A stretch of DNA of 64,000 nt. Source: Limisphaerales bacterium (lineage in GTDB: Bacteria > Verrucomicrobiota > Verrucomicrobiia > Limisphaerales > Palsa-1400). Position numbers and translations under genes: made by a program. The stretch spans positions 7,829-71,828 of the forward strand of contig JBKQWF010000309.1 in NCBI GenBank assembly GCA_052139695.1, written 5' to 3'. A model generated the notes under the pieces. The model made no database searches. It was not told the origin of the DNA and was given only the letters and a program-made list of their open reading frames with translations. Shown one piece after another: positions 48,791-58,504 of this stretch. Position 1 is the first letter of the stretch; the number at the start of each line of letters is the position of its first letter.

Positions 48791-49573
48791 ATGAACATCC
48801 GATTCCCAAAAATCACCAGGCGACGGTTTCTGCTCTTAACCGCGCTGGCATCGCCCGGGCTGATCGCGGCCGACGCCAATTGGCTTGAACCTGATTGGGT
48901 TAAGGTGCGAAGTGTCAAATTAACCGAGGGCAAACCGTCGCATCGCATTGTTCATATCACCGATATTCACCATAAAGGAGACCGGCCCTACCTGGAATCG
49001 GTCGTGCGCAAAGTCAACCGCCTTTCCCCCGACGCGGTCTGCTTCACCGGCGATCTCATCGAGGAAAAGAAATTCGTGCCGGAAGCACTTCACATCCTCG
49101 AGGGAATCCAATCCCCGCTTTATGGAATTCCGGGCAATCACGATTACTGGAGCCACGCCGTTTTTGGCAAATTCAGGGAATCCTTCGCCCGCACTGGCGG
49201 CGTCTGGCTGATGGACGCCCAGACGTTCACTGCCGACGGAAAAATCCTCATCAGCGGGGCCACTTGTTTGCACGGCCGGCCCGCGCCCCTCAAGCCCCAG
49301 CCTGGAGTCAAGAATATCTTCCTCCTGCATTATCCCCTGCTCAACGAGCGTCTGACCGCCCAATATGATTTGCTGCTGGCCGGCCACTCTCATGGCGGCC
49401 AGGTGCGCCTGCCGTTTTTCGGCGCGCTGATTGTGCCGTACTGGGTGGGCCGGTATCAGATGGGGCTGTATCACGTCCCGGCGGGGCCGCTCTATGTCAA
49501 CCCTGGTATCGGCTGGATTGGAACTCCGGTGCGTTTCAATTGCCGCCCGGAAATCACCGTGTTTGAGATTTGA
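48791..49573 (+). CDS. Metallophosphoesterase (YaeI-like) with twin-arginine-like leader
   Basis: RRRFLLLTALASPG, then HITDIHH, TGDLI, GNHDYW and GHSHGGQ. Confidence 0.8.
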   Translation: MNIRFPKITRRRFLLLTALASPGLIAADANWLEPDWVKVRSVKLTEGKPSHRIVHITDIHHKGDRPYLESVVRKVNRLSPDAVCFTGDLIEEKKFVPEALHILEGIQSPLYGIPGNHDYWSHAVFGKFRESFARTGGVWLMDAQTFTADGKILISGATCLHGRPAPLKPQPGVKNIFLLHYPLLNERLTAQYDLLLAGHSHGGQVRLPFFGALIVPYWVGRYQMGLYHVPAGPLYVNPGIGWIGTPVRFNCRPEITVFEI

Positions 49574-49585
49574 GCGGCTTTCGCA

Positions 49586-50830
49586 ATGGCGTCCGCTTGG
49601 CTCATTTGGATTACATCGCTCACGGCCATCGCCGGCGTCTTGCTCCGGCCGCGGGATATTGCTGAAGCCTGGTGGGCTTGCGGTGGCGCGGCCATTCTGA
49701 TTGTTTTTTCGCTCATTTCTCTGCCCCAGGCGGGCGCGGCAGTCCTGCAGGGAGTCGATGTTTATTTATTCCTGACGGGCATGATGATCCTCTCGGAATT
49801 GGCCCGCGAGGAAGGCGTCTTTGACTGGATAGCGGAAATCGCAGCCGTCCATGCCCGCAATTCGACCGGCCGATTGTTTTCCCTCGTTTATCTTGCCGGC
49901 ATAGTCGTGACGATTTTTCTGTCCAACGACGCCACCGCGGTTGTCTTGACTCCCGCCGTCCTGACCATCGTCAAGCGGCTCAGGGTGGACCCGGTCCCCC
50001 ACTTGCTCGGTTGCGCCTTCATCGCCAACGCGGCCAGTTTTGTTTTGCCCATTTCCAACCCGGCCAATCTCGTCATCTTCGATCAACATCTGCCGCGCCT
50101 GTGGCAGTGGATGGGGACTTTTGCCCTGCCTTCAGTCGCGGCAATTGCTCTCACTTATCTCGGATTGCGCGCTTTGTTGAAAGGCCGGCTGGGCGGCAGA
50201 ATTGAAGAAACCCTGGCGAAAAAGCGATTGTCTTTTGAAGGCCGTCTCGCCCTGGGCGGACTGGCGATAGCGGCGGTGGTCCTCCTGGCCTCCTCCGCCA
50301 GCGGCTGGCCGCTGGGCGCGCCCACCTGCGCGGCCGCGGTCTTGGCGACCGCCCTGGTCGCCGCTCGCGATCGTCACGTTCCATTGACAGTGATCAAAGG
50401 GGTTTCCTGGTCCGTCATTCCGTTGGTGGCGGGCCTCTTCGTCATTGTCGAAGCGCTGCAGGGAGCGGGGATGTTGCGGCTGGCCAACGGCGGTTTGCTG
50501 TTTTTGCAGAAGCAAAGCTTTCTCGCGGGAAAGCTGGTCGCGGCTTTTGCCGTCGGCCTTCTCTCCAACGTCATGAATAATCTGCCGGTGGGGCTGATCT
50601 CGGGCCATGTGATTCACGCCGCCGGCGCCAAACCCTGGACGATCAACGCGACGCTCCTCGGAGTCGATCTTGGCCCCAACCTCTCCGTAACTGGTTCCTT
50701 GGCCACGATTCTCTGGTTAATGGCGTTGCGCCGGGAAGGCGTAAAAATATCCGGGAGGCAATTCTTCAAAATCGGCCTGGTCGTCATGCCGGCTTCCCTG
50801 CTCGCCTGTGTCCTGGCGTTGCAAAGATGA
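49586..50830 (+). CDS. ArsB/NhaD-superfamily anion permease
   Basis: 414-aa multi-TM protein with LSNDATAVVLTP and a repeated half with LLSNVMNNLP. Confidence 0.65.
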   Translation: MASAWLIWITSLTAIAGVLLRPRDIAEAWWACGGAAILIVFSLISLPQAGAAVLQGVDVYLFLTGMMILSELAREEGVFDWIAEIAAVHARNSTGRLFSLVYLAGIVVTIFLSNDATAVVLTPAVLTIVKRLRVDPVPHLLGCAFIANAASFVLPISNPANLVIFDQHLPRLWQWMGTFALPSVAAIALTYLGLRALLKGRLGGRIEETLAKKRLSFEGRLALGGLAIAAVVLLASSASGWPLGAPTCAAAVLATALVAARDRHVPLTVIKGVSWSVIPLVAGLFVIVEALQGAGMLRLANGGLLFLQKQSFLAGKLVAAFAVGLLSNVMNNLPVGLISGHVIHAAGAKPWTINATLLGVDLGPNLSVTGSLATILWLMALRREGVKISGRQFFKIGLVVMPASLLACVLALQR

Positions 50831-51010
50831 CAAAAAAAGGCACCCTTGCGCAAAGCGTGCTCATGGTCAAATCACCGCCGTCGGGCATGGCTTCGCAACT
50901 GTTGCGGACAAGGTTTAGGACAGCCTGAGTCCGGAAAGTCCGGAACTTTCCCTTTTCAGAATTGACTTTTGCTGCTACTATTTGTCGCGGACAAGTCCAA
51001 ATTCCGGATT

Positions 51011-51982
51011 ATGACACCAAACGAAAACCAAAATGAAGCCGCCTTTGTGGCGATAAGGCCAGGTTTGCCTCTGCTGAAAAAGAGGGAGGCGGCTTTCCCG
51101 GAAGGCGGCGCCAGAAAACCGGCGGCGTGCGCCCGTTGCGGAAGCGATGGCTTCACGCTGATCGAGCTGCTGGTGGTCATTGCGATCATCGCCATCCTCG
51201 CCTCCATGCTCCTGCCGGCGCTGGCCCGGTCCAAGAGCCAGGCCCAAGGCATTGGCTGCATGAACAATTCCAAGCAATTGACCCTCGCTTGGCTGCAATA
51301 TGACGAAGATAACCGGCAAGTGTTGCCGTACGGCTTTTCCGACGATTTTCCCGCCTATGTTTGGGCCGGCTCAAATGGTTACGACGAAAGCGATGTCCCA
51401 ACCGATGCGGGTAATTGGGATGCCGCGGATGGCATCGAAAAATGCTGCATTTTTCCGTATTGCGGAAAGTCCGATGGAATCTGGCATTGCCCGGCGGACA
51501 ATTCTTACGGCATTAACAAGCAAAACCAGCGAGTGCCGCGCCCGCGGAGTTACTCGATGAGCAACTGGGTGGGCGGCAATGGAGACCATCCGGAAAATGG
51601 TTACAAAGGATACTGGGGCTTGAATGTTCCTTTTATCGTGGTGCGCAAGCTGTCGGACTTTCGGACGCCATCCAGTACTTTCGTTCTGCTCGACGAAAAC
51701 GAAAACACGATCAATGACGGTTATTTTGTCGTGGAGGATGACGGCTGGACTGGCCAGCCTAATGGGTCCGAACAACTCATCGATTATCCCTCGTCGCGGC
51801 ACAACAATGCGGCCGGTTTTTCCTTTGGCGACGGCCATTCCGAAATCCATCAATGGAGGGATCGCCATATCTACGGTGTTCCATCCGCCTATCCCAGTCC
51901 CGCGTCCCTCTTTCCGGAGCCGACTCTGCCTGAGAGTCCGGATGTGTTCTGGCTGCAGTCGCACACCACAAATCCGCCGTAA
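51011..51982 (+). CDS. Prepilin-leader (N-terminal cleavage/methylation) H-X9-DG family protein
   Basis: [37 protein letters not shown], and C-terminal [17 protein letters not shown]. Confidence 0.85.
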   Translation: MTPNENQNEAAFVAIRPGLPLLKKREAAFPEGGARKPAACARCGSDGFTLIELLVVIAIIAILASMLLPALARSKSQAQGIGCMNNSKQLTLAWLQYDEDNRQVLPYGFSDDFPAYVWAGSNGYDESDVPTDAGNWDAADGIEKCCIFPYCGKSDGIWHCPADNSYGINKQNQRVPRPRSYSMSNWVGGNGDHPENGYKGYWGLNVPFIVVRKLSDFRTPSSTFVLLDENENTINDGYFVVEDDGWTGQPNGSEQLIDYPSSRHNNAAGFSFGDGHSEIHQWRDRHIYGVPSAYPSPASLFPEPTLPESPDVFWLQSHTTNPP

Positions 51983-51992
51983 GCGGTCCAAT

Positions 51993-52036
51993 ATGAACAC
52001 AGAAAGGAGCATGCCTGAATCTGTGTGCATCTGTGG
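51993..52036. repeat. CACAGA/TCTGTG hairpin element (relative of 6948-7011)
   Basis: ACACAGA (51997-52003) pairs with TCTGTGT (52020-52026), followed by gcatctgtgg. Lies 11 nt after the prepilin-like gene stop. Confidence 0.7.
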
Positions 52037-52182
52037 CCGGTCTTTTATCCGTGCAGCGCGGTGAGCGCGATCTTTCTGCAGATCGCCGCTTCCTTTAAGG
52101 ATGAGACTCCGTCGAACCCTGACTGTGTCCCAGAAAAGCCAGCCAGGGATCGACAGAGTCTCGCCCTACCAAAAACCCCTTG

Positions 52183-54228
52183 CTAGCGCGTGATAAGAGG
52201 TGGGGCTTCCGCGTCCGCCGGCGGGGCGGAACCACCGCCCGTGCTCTGAGCCGCGGCAGCCGCCGCAGCTTTGGCCAGCGCAGCCCTGCGGCTCTTAATG
52301 GCCGCCTCCTGATCTCTGATAATCTGCAGATTAGCAGCATCTGTCTCGACTCGAACCTTGATGCCATTGATCATGCTCTGGATCTTTGCGTCGTAGTCTT
52401 GTTGAGCCTTGGTGTACACTTCGGACGCGGTCTTGAATGCTGGCAGATTCGTGTCCAACTCGTTTTGGGCGGCCAGCCATTTATCTTTTGCTTGATCGAA
52501 GCGGGTATGTAACTCAGCCAGTTCCGGGTCCGAATTCCCGGGATAGGCCGTGAGAAGCTCGCTACCCCGTTCGTCTTTGGGAATGGAAAGCAATTTAGCG
52601 AACGTGTTGCTAAAAATAGCGTAATCAGCCGCCGCCATAACTTCGTCGTGCGTCCACTCGCGCGGGGATTCGCTTTGCCTCTTCTCTTCCGCCTTTAGGA
52701 ACGGGTCAGTGTTAACTGAGGCAGCTCCAGCAGTTTTAGCGCGTTCCCATTCTCTCTTGAGAGCCGCCTCACGGCTCTTGATCGTCACTAGGTTGGACGC
52801 ATCCTCTTTGACACGATCTTTGAGGCCGTCGATGATGCTGTTGATTTTCGCATCGTAGTCGCGTTGGGCGTTGGTGTACGATTCCGAGGCTGTCTTGTAG
52901 GCCGGGCTGTCGGTTGCCCCGTCATTTTGGGCAGCTATCCATTTGTCCTTGGCGTGCAGAAGGCGCAGGCGCAATTCAGCCAGCTCAGGATCCAAATGCC
53001 CGGGATAGGCAGTGGCGAGTTCGCTGCCGAGCTGATCTCTCGGAACGAACAGCAATTTGGCGAGAACGTTGCTGCAAAACTGGTAGTCAGCCGCCGCAAC
53101 GACCTCATCATGCGACCACTTGCGCAATGATTCGGAAATGACCCGCTCGTCAGTTCCGCGCGGAAGTGCTCCAGCGAGGTTGTCGGATGTTTCAACTGGC
53201 GGCTGAGCATCTGTCAATGTGACAATGCCCAGGCCGAGCAGAAGGAGGAAAGCCGGCAGCGGCCACAATGGGCGCTTTTTGAAACCGGAGATCATCAAAA
53301 TGCGGCGGCGCATCTGCGCGCCATCTTCCAGAATCCCCACCAGGGCCGGCGGCGTAGCGCAGGCGAAAAGTTCCAATAACTTCAAGATCGTTTGCCCGTA
53401 GGGCGTTTTCTCTTCCTCGCCCGCGTGGAAGAGGGCCAGTTCATCGCAAGCCATTTCCCGGTCCGCCGCCATTCTCCGAACCGCCAGCCAGATTACGGGA
53501 TTGAACCAGTGCAGGGCCTGCAAACTGGCCGCCAGCCAAAGAACAAATGCGTCACCCCTTCTCACGTGCGCCATTTCATGGAGAAAAACATGCCGCAACT
53601 CAGCCGCGCTGAATTGCCCGGTGAGCCCGGCCGGGAGCAGGAGCATGGGGCGCCACAATCCGCAAAGCGCCGGGCTTTTGACGGCGGACGTTTCCGCCAA
53701 TCTGACCTTGGTCCTCACCCCCAGCTCCTTCCGGCAATTCGCAAGCAAGGCCAGCGCGTCCTGGTCCACCACCGGCCTCGGCGTCCCAAGCCGGCGCAAA
53801 AAGAGCCAGTTCTGCCCAAAAGTTCGCGCCGCAAAAATCACCGCGCCGCCCAGCCAAAGAGAGAAGAGGAACTCCCAGGAGCGCCTTCGCCACCAAGCGT
53901 GTTTTATGACAGGGCGCGCAGGCGCAGCTTGCGGCGGCGGCCCATTTTCGATCGCGTCGTTACCGCTCGACGGCCACGGCGCGCTGATGATTGATGGCGA
54001 CAGGGATGCGCCCCACCCGCGCCCGTAATTAAAGAGGCTGATTTTGCTGGGAATGGCAACGGGAAGGGCCAGGCGGAGCACGACAAGCAGCCAGAGCGCA
54101 TATCTCCATTGCGCGGTCCATCTGCTTGGAAAGACCTTCTGCGCGGCCATGACAAGAAGCGCGATCACCGAGGCCTGCCAGGAGACCCGGCCTAACCAGA
54201 GAAGAAATGGGCCGGCAAACGTGTTCAT
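52183..54228 (-). CDS. BlaR1/MecR1-type M56 peptidase signal transducer with duplicated C-terminal extracytoplasmic module
   Basis: M56 motif FLHEMAHVRRGD and an N-terminal TM region. Two tandem ~130-150-aa modules (aa 365-518 and 519-~650) are about 65% identical by eye. Confidence 0.8.
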   Translation of the reverse strand: MNTFAGPFLLWLGRVSWQASVIALLVMAAQKVFPSRWTAQWRYALWLLVVLRLALPVAIPSKISLFNYGRGWGASLSPSIISAPWPSSGNDAIENGPPPQAAPARPVIKHAWWRRRSWEFLFSLWLGGAVIFAARTFGQNWLFLRRLGTPRPVVDQDALALLANCRKELGVRTKVRLAETSAVKSPALCGLWRPMLLLPAGLTGQFSAAELRHVFLHEMAHVRRGDAFVLWLAASLQALHWFNPVIWLAVRRMAADREMACDELALFHAGEEEKTPYGQTILKLLELFACATPPALVGILEDGAQMRRRILMISGFKKRPLWPLPAFLLLLGLGIVTLTDAQPPVETSDNLAGALPRGTDERVISESLRKWSHDEVVAAADYQFCSNVLAKLLFVPRDQLGSELATAYPGHLDPELAELRLRLLHAKDKWIAAQNDGATDSPAYKTASESYTNAQRDYDAKINSIIDGLKDRVKEDASNLVTIKSREAALKREWERAKTAGAASVNTDPFLKAEEKRQSESPREWTHDEVMAAADYAIFSNTFAKLLSIPKDERGSELLTAYPGNSDPELAELHTRFDQAKDKWLAAQNELDTNLPAFKTASEVYTKAQQDYDAKIQSMINGIKVRVETDAANLQIIRDQEAAIKSRRAALAKAAAAAAAQSTGGGSAPPADAEAPPLITR

Positions 54229-54611
54229 TTTTCCTTTTCCGCCAGCAGGCGTTTCAATTGTTTGATATCTTCCTTCGAGAGATTGGATTCCTTGACCAGA
54301 TGCAGCAGCAAAGGCGCTGGGTCCCCGCCAAAAACGCGCCGCAAGAACGACCGGCTTTCCTGGCGGACGCAGGTCTCCTGGCTGACCAGCGGCTCATAGA
54401 GATAGCGTTTGCCCTCCCGCGTGGCCTTTAAGGCGCGCTTCTTGACGAGGCGGTCGAGGAGGGTGCGGATGGTGCGGGTGTGCCAGCCCGTTCCCGGCGC
54501 TAATTGGCTGACAATGTCGCCGGCGGGAACTGGGTGGCGCGCCCAGACCAGGCCCATGACTTGCCACTCGGATTCAGAAATGCGGACGGAATGCTTTGAA
54601 TTGCTACTCAT
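54225..54611 (-). CDS. BlaI/MecI/CopY family transcriptional repressor
   Basis: Winged helix ISESEWQVMGLVW...TIRTLLDRLVKKRAL. ATGA overlap with the downstream sensor gene. Confidence 0.9.
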   Translation of the reverse strand: MSSNSKHSVRISESEWQVMGLVWARHPVPAGDIVSQLAPGTGWHTRTIRTLLDRLVKKRALKATREGKRYLYEPLVSQETCVRQESRSFLRRVFGGDPAPLLLHLVKESNLSKEDIKQLKRLLAEKEK

Positions 54612-54706
54612 GTAGCAGCATATTGATACACGTGTAGCAGTTGATCCAGAATTAAATTTGAGTTTTTTTTAGAGCGCGGCTCGGGTCTGGCCGCAAAACT
54701 GCTACA
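54611..54706 (-). promoter_or_regulatory. Candidate BlaI/CopY-type operator region
   Basis: TACAcgTGTA at 54627-54636 (the TACAnnTGTA box). TGTAGCAG at 54611 and 54633, and its inverse CTGCTACA at 54699. Confidence 0.5.
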
Positions 54707-55015
54707 TCAGCCGCCCATTTCACGGCCCAACGGTTCTCACAGCCGAGAAAAAGCGAGGCTTTGGCACTGCGAAATGGCTTGCAAATCGGGGCGGTGGAAA
54801 GGTAATGACGAGAGCACGAGAGACGGCAATAAACAGCTTGCTGACGCCGTGAACGTAATGCGTCAGTCACCGGCGGCAGGGACGCCTCGCCGAGGCGTCC
54901 GGGGGTATTCTTGCCGGAGCGGTCGCCTCGGCGAGGCGACCCTGCCCTTCTTAGGCCCGCCGTCGCTGATGACGCGTTACCCGTGAACAACAAATCAGAT
55001 GGGAAATCCCGGTTG

Positions 55016-56872
55016 ATGTGGTTCCTATTAGTCCTGGGTATTGTCGTTGCCTATCAGCGCGTCTGGCATGCGGGGTTTCTTTGGGAAGATGACATTTACA
55101 TTACCCACAACCCATTGCTCACCGCGCCTGACGGATTGCGCCGGATTTGGTTTTCACGGGATTCGCCTTCGCAATATTTTCCGCTGACCTACACCTCATT
55201 TTACGCCGAACGCTTTCTTTGGGGTTTCCGGCCCTATGGCTATCACTGCGTGAATATTCTCATCCACGCCGGCAACGCGCTCCTGGCCTGGACGCTTTTG
55301 CGCCGGTTGCGGGTGCCGGGCGCAGGGCTGGGGGCGGCACTTTTTGCGCTGCACCCGGTGCAGGTCGAAACGGTGGCGTTGATAACGGAGCGGAAGAATT
55401 TGTTGATGGCGTTCTTCTTCCTGCTCGCGCTGCTGGCGTGGATCAGCTTTATCGATGATTCCTCCAAGCGGCGCTGGCGGCACTACGCGCTGGCGCTGGT
55501 TTATTACATGCTCTCGCTCGCTGGCAAGACGACGGCCTGCACCCTTCCGGCAGCGTTGCTCCTGGTTGTCTGGTTTAAAAGAGAGCCGATCAATCGGCGG
55601 CGCCTTGCTGAGATTTCGCCGTTCGTCGTTTTGGGAATCGCGATGGGCGTTGTGACGATGTGGTGGGAACGCTTCCACCAGCAAGCGGTTGGCGGAGTTT
55701 TCCAGATGGGCCTGGTGGAGCGCCTTCTCATCGCGAGCCGGGCGCTCTGGTTTTACGCGGGCAAGCTGCTGTGGCCGGCAAACCTGATTTTTTGTTATCC
55801 CAGGTGGAACATCTCAAGCGCGGACGCGCGGGCCTATGTTTGGGTTTTGGCAACGGCGGCGGCCGGAGTTGCGATTTTCCGCTGGAGGGAGAATTTCAGG
55901 CGCGGCCCGGCGGTGGCGTCGCTCTTTTACGCGGCCACCTTAGCGCCGACGCTTGGCTTCATCATGTATTACACCTTTCGTTACACTTTTGTGGCGGATC
56001 ATTACCAATACCTGGCGTGCCTCGGTCCGCTGGCGTTGCTGGCCGCGGGCCTGGAAAGACTTCCAATTGGCAAACCAATTGGTTACGTGGTTCTGCCTGT
56101 GGTCCTCGGCGTCCTAACCTGGTCCCAATGCGGGGAATATGCCAATGCTGAAACTCTCTGGCGCGCGACCATCGCCAAGAATCCAAGCTCATGGATGGCC
56201 CGCGAAAATCTTGGCGTGGCGCTGGCGGATAAAGGAAGGATCGACGACGCGATTGAGCAATATCGCCGGGCACTGGAACTTCACCCGGATTTTGCCCAGG
56301 CCCATAATGACCTTGGCGCGGCCCTTTTTCGGAAGGGAATGGCCGCCGAAGCCGTCGCGCAATATCGCGAAGCGATTCGCGATGACCCAAATGACGCAAA
56401 TGCCCACTACAATCTCGGCAACGCGCTGGCAAAGCAGGGGGAGGATCAGGAGGCGCTGGAGCAATTGCGGATCGCCGCGCGACTTCGACCGATGGATTTG
56501 AACACCAGCATAAACCTGGCTAATGCCTTATTCGACGCGGGCAGACTGGACGACGCCATTACCGAGGAGCGCCATGCGCTGGGGATGGCGCCGAGTGATG
56601 TTCGGGTCATGGAGAATCTTGGCAAGATGCTGGTGCTAAAAGGCGACCTCGAGGAGGCCATGCCGTTGCTGGATAAGGCGTATTCGGGAAGTTCAGATCC
56701 GGCTGAGAAATGGCATCGCTTCGCCAGGGAGTTAGTGGATGCGGGAAGTTTCAAGCCGGCGATGGCTTGTTATCGGGTTGCCATGGCTGAGGCGAAGGCG
56801 GAGAACAAGCCAGCGCTGGTCGAGGCCCTGCAAACGGAAATGACCCGTCTTGGACCCGATCCGCAAAAGTAA
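55016..56872 (+). CDS. TMTC-like membrane protein: N-terminal GT-C/PMT-like multi-TM domain + C-terminal TPR repeats
   Basis: FLWEDDIYITHNPLL...YFPLTYTSF...YHCVNILIHAGNALLAW, then repeated TPR motifs (AHNDLGAALFRKG, AHYNLGNALAKQG). The start may instead be GTG near 54983. Confidence 0.7.
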   Translation: MWFLLVLGIVVAYQRVWHAGFLWEDDIYITHNPLLTAPDGLRRIWFSRDSPSQYFPLTYTSFYAERFLWGFRPYGYHCVNILIHAGNALLAWTLLRRLRVPGAGLGAALFALHPVQVETVALITERKNLLMAFFFLLALLAWISFIDDSSKRRWRHYALALVYYMLSLAGKTTACTLPAALLLVVWFKREPINRRRLAEISPFVVLGIAMGVVTMWWERFHQQAVGGVFQMGLVERLLIASRALWFYAGKLLWPANLIFCYPRWNISSADARAYVWVLATAAAGVAIFRWRENFRRGPAVASLFYAATLAPTLGFIMYYTFRYTFVADHYQYLACLGPLALLAAGLERLPIGKPIGYVVLPVVLGVLTWSQCGEYANAETLWRATIAKNPSSWMARENLGVALADKGRIDDAIEQYRRALELHPDFAQAHNDLGAALFRKGMAAEAVAQYREAIRDDPNDANAHYNLGNALAKQGEDQEALEQLRIAARLRPMDLNTSINLANALFDAGRLDDAITEERHALGMAPSDVRVMENLGKMLVLKGDLEEAMPLLDKAYSGSSDPAEKWHRFARELVDAGSFKPAMACYRVAMAEAKAENKPALVEALQTEMTRLGPDPQK

Positions 56873-57046
56873 TACTGATGTGGCCGGGTAATTCCAAACG
56901 GCATTCATAAGAAGCAGGGGGCTTGTTCGAACCAAGCTTGGCCAAAACTTGTCATTTTTCTAAAGCGACCCCCAAGCCTTTTTGGCTTCTGTAAGGGCGG
57001 AAGAATTCCGTTTTCTTCCATCGGCATTCCGGTATATTCAAAAACT

Positions 57047-58504
57047 ATGTGGGTTGAAGAATTGAATATCGAGAATATCAAGTGCTTTGAAAAGCTGACG
57101 CTCCGTTGCGGAGACAAGGATGGGGCATTTAAATGGATCACTCTTTTGGGAGAAAATGGGGTCGGAAAGAGCACTGTTCTTCAAGCGTTAGGTTTGTTGC
57201 TTGCCGGCCCAGATGGCGCAAACCAACTGCTCACCAAGCCACTTGGCTGGCTTCGCGACGAGCGTCGCCAAGGAAAACTTTCCGCAAGAATTCACAAAGG
57301 AGAGAGGGACCCAGGCGAATATGGCGCGACAAAGAAAAGAGCAGTATTCAATTTCACTTACTTCATTACAGGACCAGAAAAGATACAGATTCGCAGCAAG
57401 ACATATACAGAGCCTGCTATTGTTCCCAACTCAGATAGAACCCTCTCATGGCTCCGGCAGAATGCATTTCAAGCGAAAGGAAAAGGATGGTTTGCTTCTG
57501 GTTACGGCGCATTTCGCCGCCTGACAAAGCGTAATCAGGTTATTGTGCCCTCGTTACAAACCCCGGAGCGATTCACGGGCTTTCTTGCACAGTTTAATGA
57601 AGACGAGCCTTTGGCCGCTTTTGAACAATGGTTTGTTCATCTCGACTATCGTATGGCTAAAACGGACGACTTGGCGAAGAGGCAACAGGCACTTGGAGTT
57701 GCGGCGATCAATCGAGTTTTACCCGAAGGCGCTAGGTTCGACTCTGTCCGCACCGACGGGAAAATCCTTTTCGACGTCAATGGGCAAAAGGTGGCTACGC
57801 TCAACTTAAGTGATGGTTATCGGAGTGTGCTGGCGCTTGCTGGGGATTTGATTTGGAGACTCTTCATGGCTTTCCCGGATAGCGACGACCCGATGCAGGA
57901 ATTAGGCACTGTCCTGATAGATGAGCTGGATATTCATCTCCATCCAGTCTGGCAGCGGCAAATTCCGGGGATGCTAAGAAAGCTCTTCCCGAATTTACAG
58001 TTCATTGTTTCCACCCACAGCCCCTTTATTGCGTCTGGTGCCGGAGAGGATGCCGTTACTTACCGGCTGAACTGGGCTGGAGATAAGATTGAACATACAA
58101 AAATAATCAATATGGCTTTTATGAGCGTCGAGAAGGTGCTCCAAAGCGAGGCTTTTGAGGTTGTATCACTTTTCTCGAAGGAAACTCAAATGAGAATTGA
58201 TCGCTACTACACGCTCAGGAAAAAATCGAAGAGGACCCCTCAAGAAGAAAATCAGCTAGAGATGGATATGCCGATCGTGCGACAGGCAATCGGGCCTGAT
58301 GCGCCAAAGAGTGCCTTGGAAAATAAAATGGATCAGTATTTGAGCAAAATGCTAAAACGATCCGAGTTACTCGAACAAGGAAGCCCAGTGTGTTGGCGGA
58401 TAATGAAACGAAGTGGAAAAGGGACATCCGTTCGGCACTCAGCGATGCCACACGAAAAAATGCACAGGAAAAATACAAACACAAAGATATCAAAGAAGCG
58501 CTGA
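57047..58504 (+). CDS. ptuA: ABC/AAA_15-21-type ATPase, Septu PtuA-like
   Basis: N-terminal LNIENIKCFEKL, Walker A LLGENGVGKST, Walker B/D-loop VLIDELDIHLHP, and H-loop VSTHSPFI. Low GC (~42% in a sampled line). Confidence 0.7.
   Translation: MWVEELNIENIKCFEKLTLRCGDKDGAFKWITLLGENGVGKSTVLQALGLLLAGPDGANQLLTKPLGWLRDERRQGKLSARIHKGERDPGEYGATKKRAVFNFTYFITGPEKIQIRSKTYTEPAIVPNSDRTLSWLRQNAFQAKGKGWFASGYGAFRRLTKRNQVIVPSLQTPERFTGFLAQFNEDEPLAAFEQWFVHLDYRMAKTDDLAKRQQALGVAAINRVLPEGARFDSVRTDGKILFDVNGQKVATLNLSDGYRSVLALAGDLIWRLFMAFPDSDDPMQELGTVLIDELDIHLHPVWQRQIPGMLRKLFPNLQFIVSTHSPFIASGAGEDAVTYRLNWAGDKIEHTKIINMAFMSVEKVLQSEAFEVVSLFSKETQMRIDRYYTLRKKSKRTPQEENQLEMDMPIVRQAIGPDAPKSALENKMDQYLSKMLKRSELLEQGSPVCWRIMKRSGKGTSVRHSAMPHEKMHRKNTNTKISKKR

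Noticed and set aside
56915-56940. tRNA-like T-arm (gcttgttcgaaccaagc); also ccagttcgatcacc near 16047
   Set aside because: No cloverleaf can be built: there is no acceptor stem, D-arm or anticodon arm in the flanks. These are simple hairpins. I found no tRNA, rRNA or tmRNA in the window.
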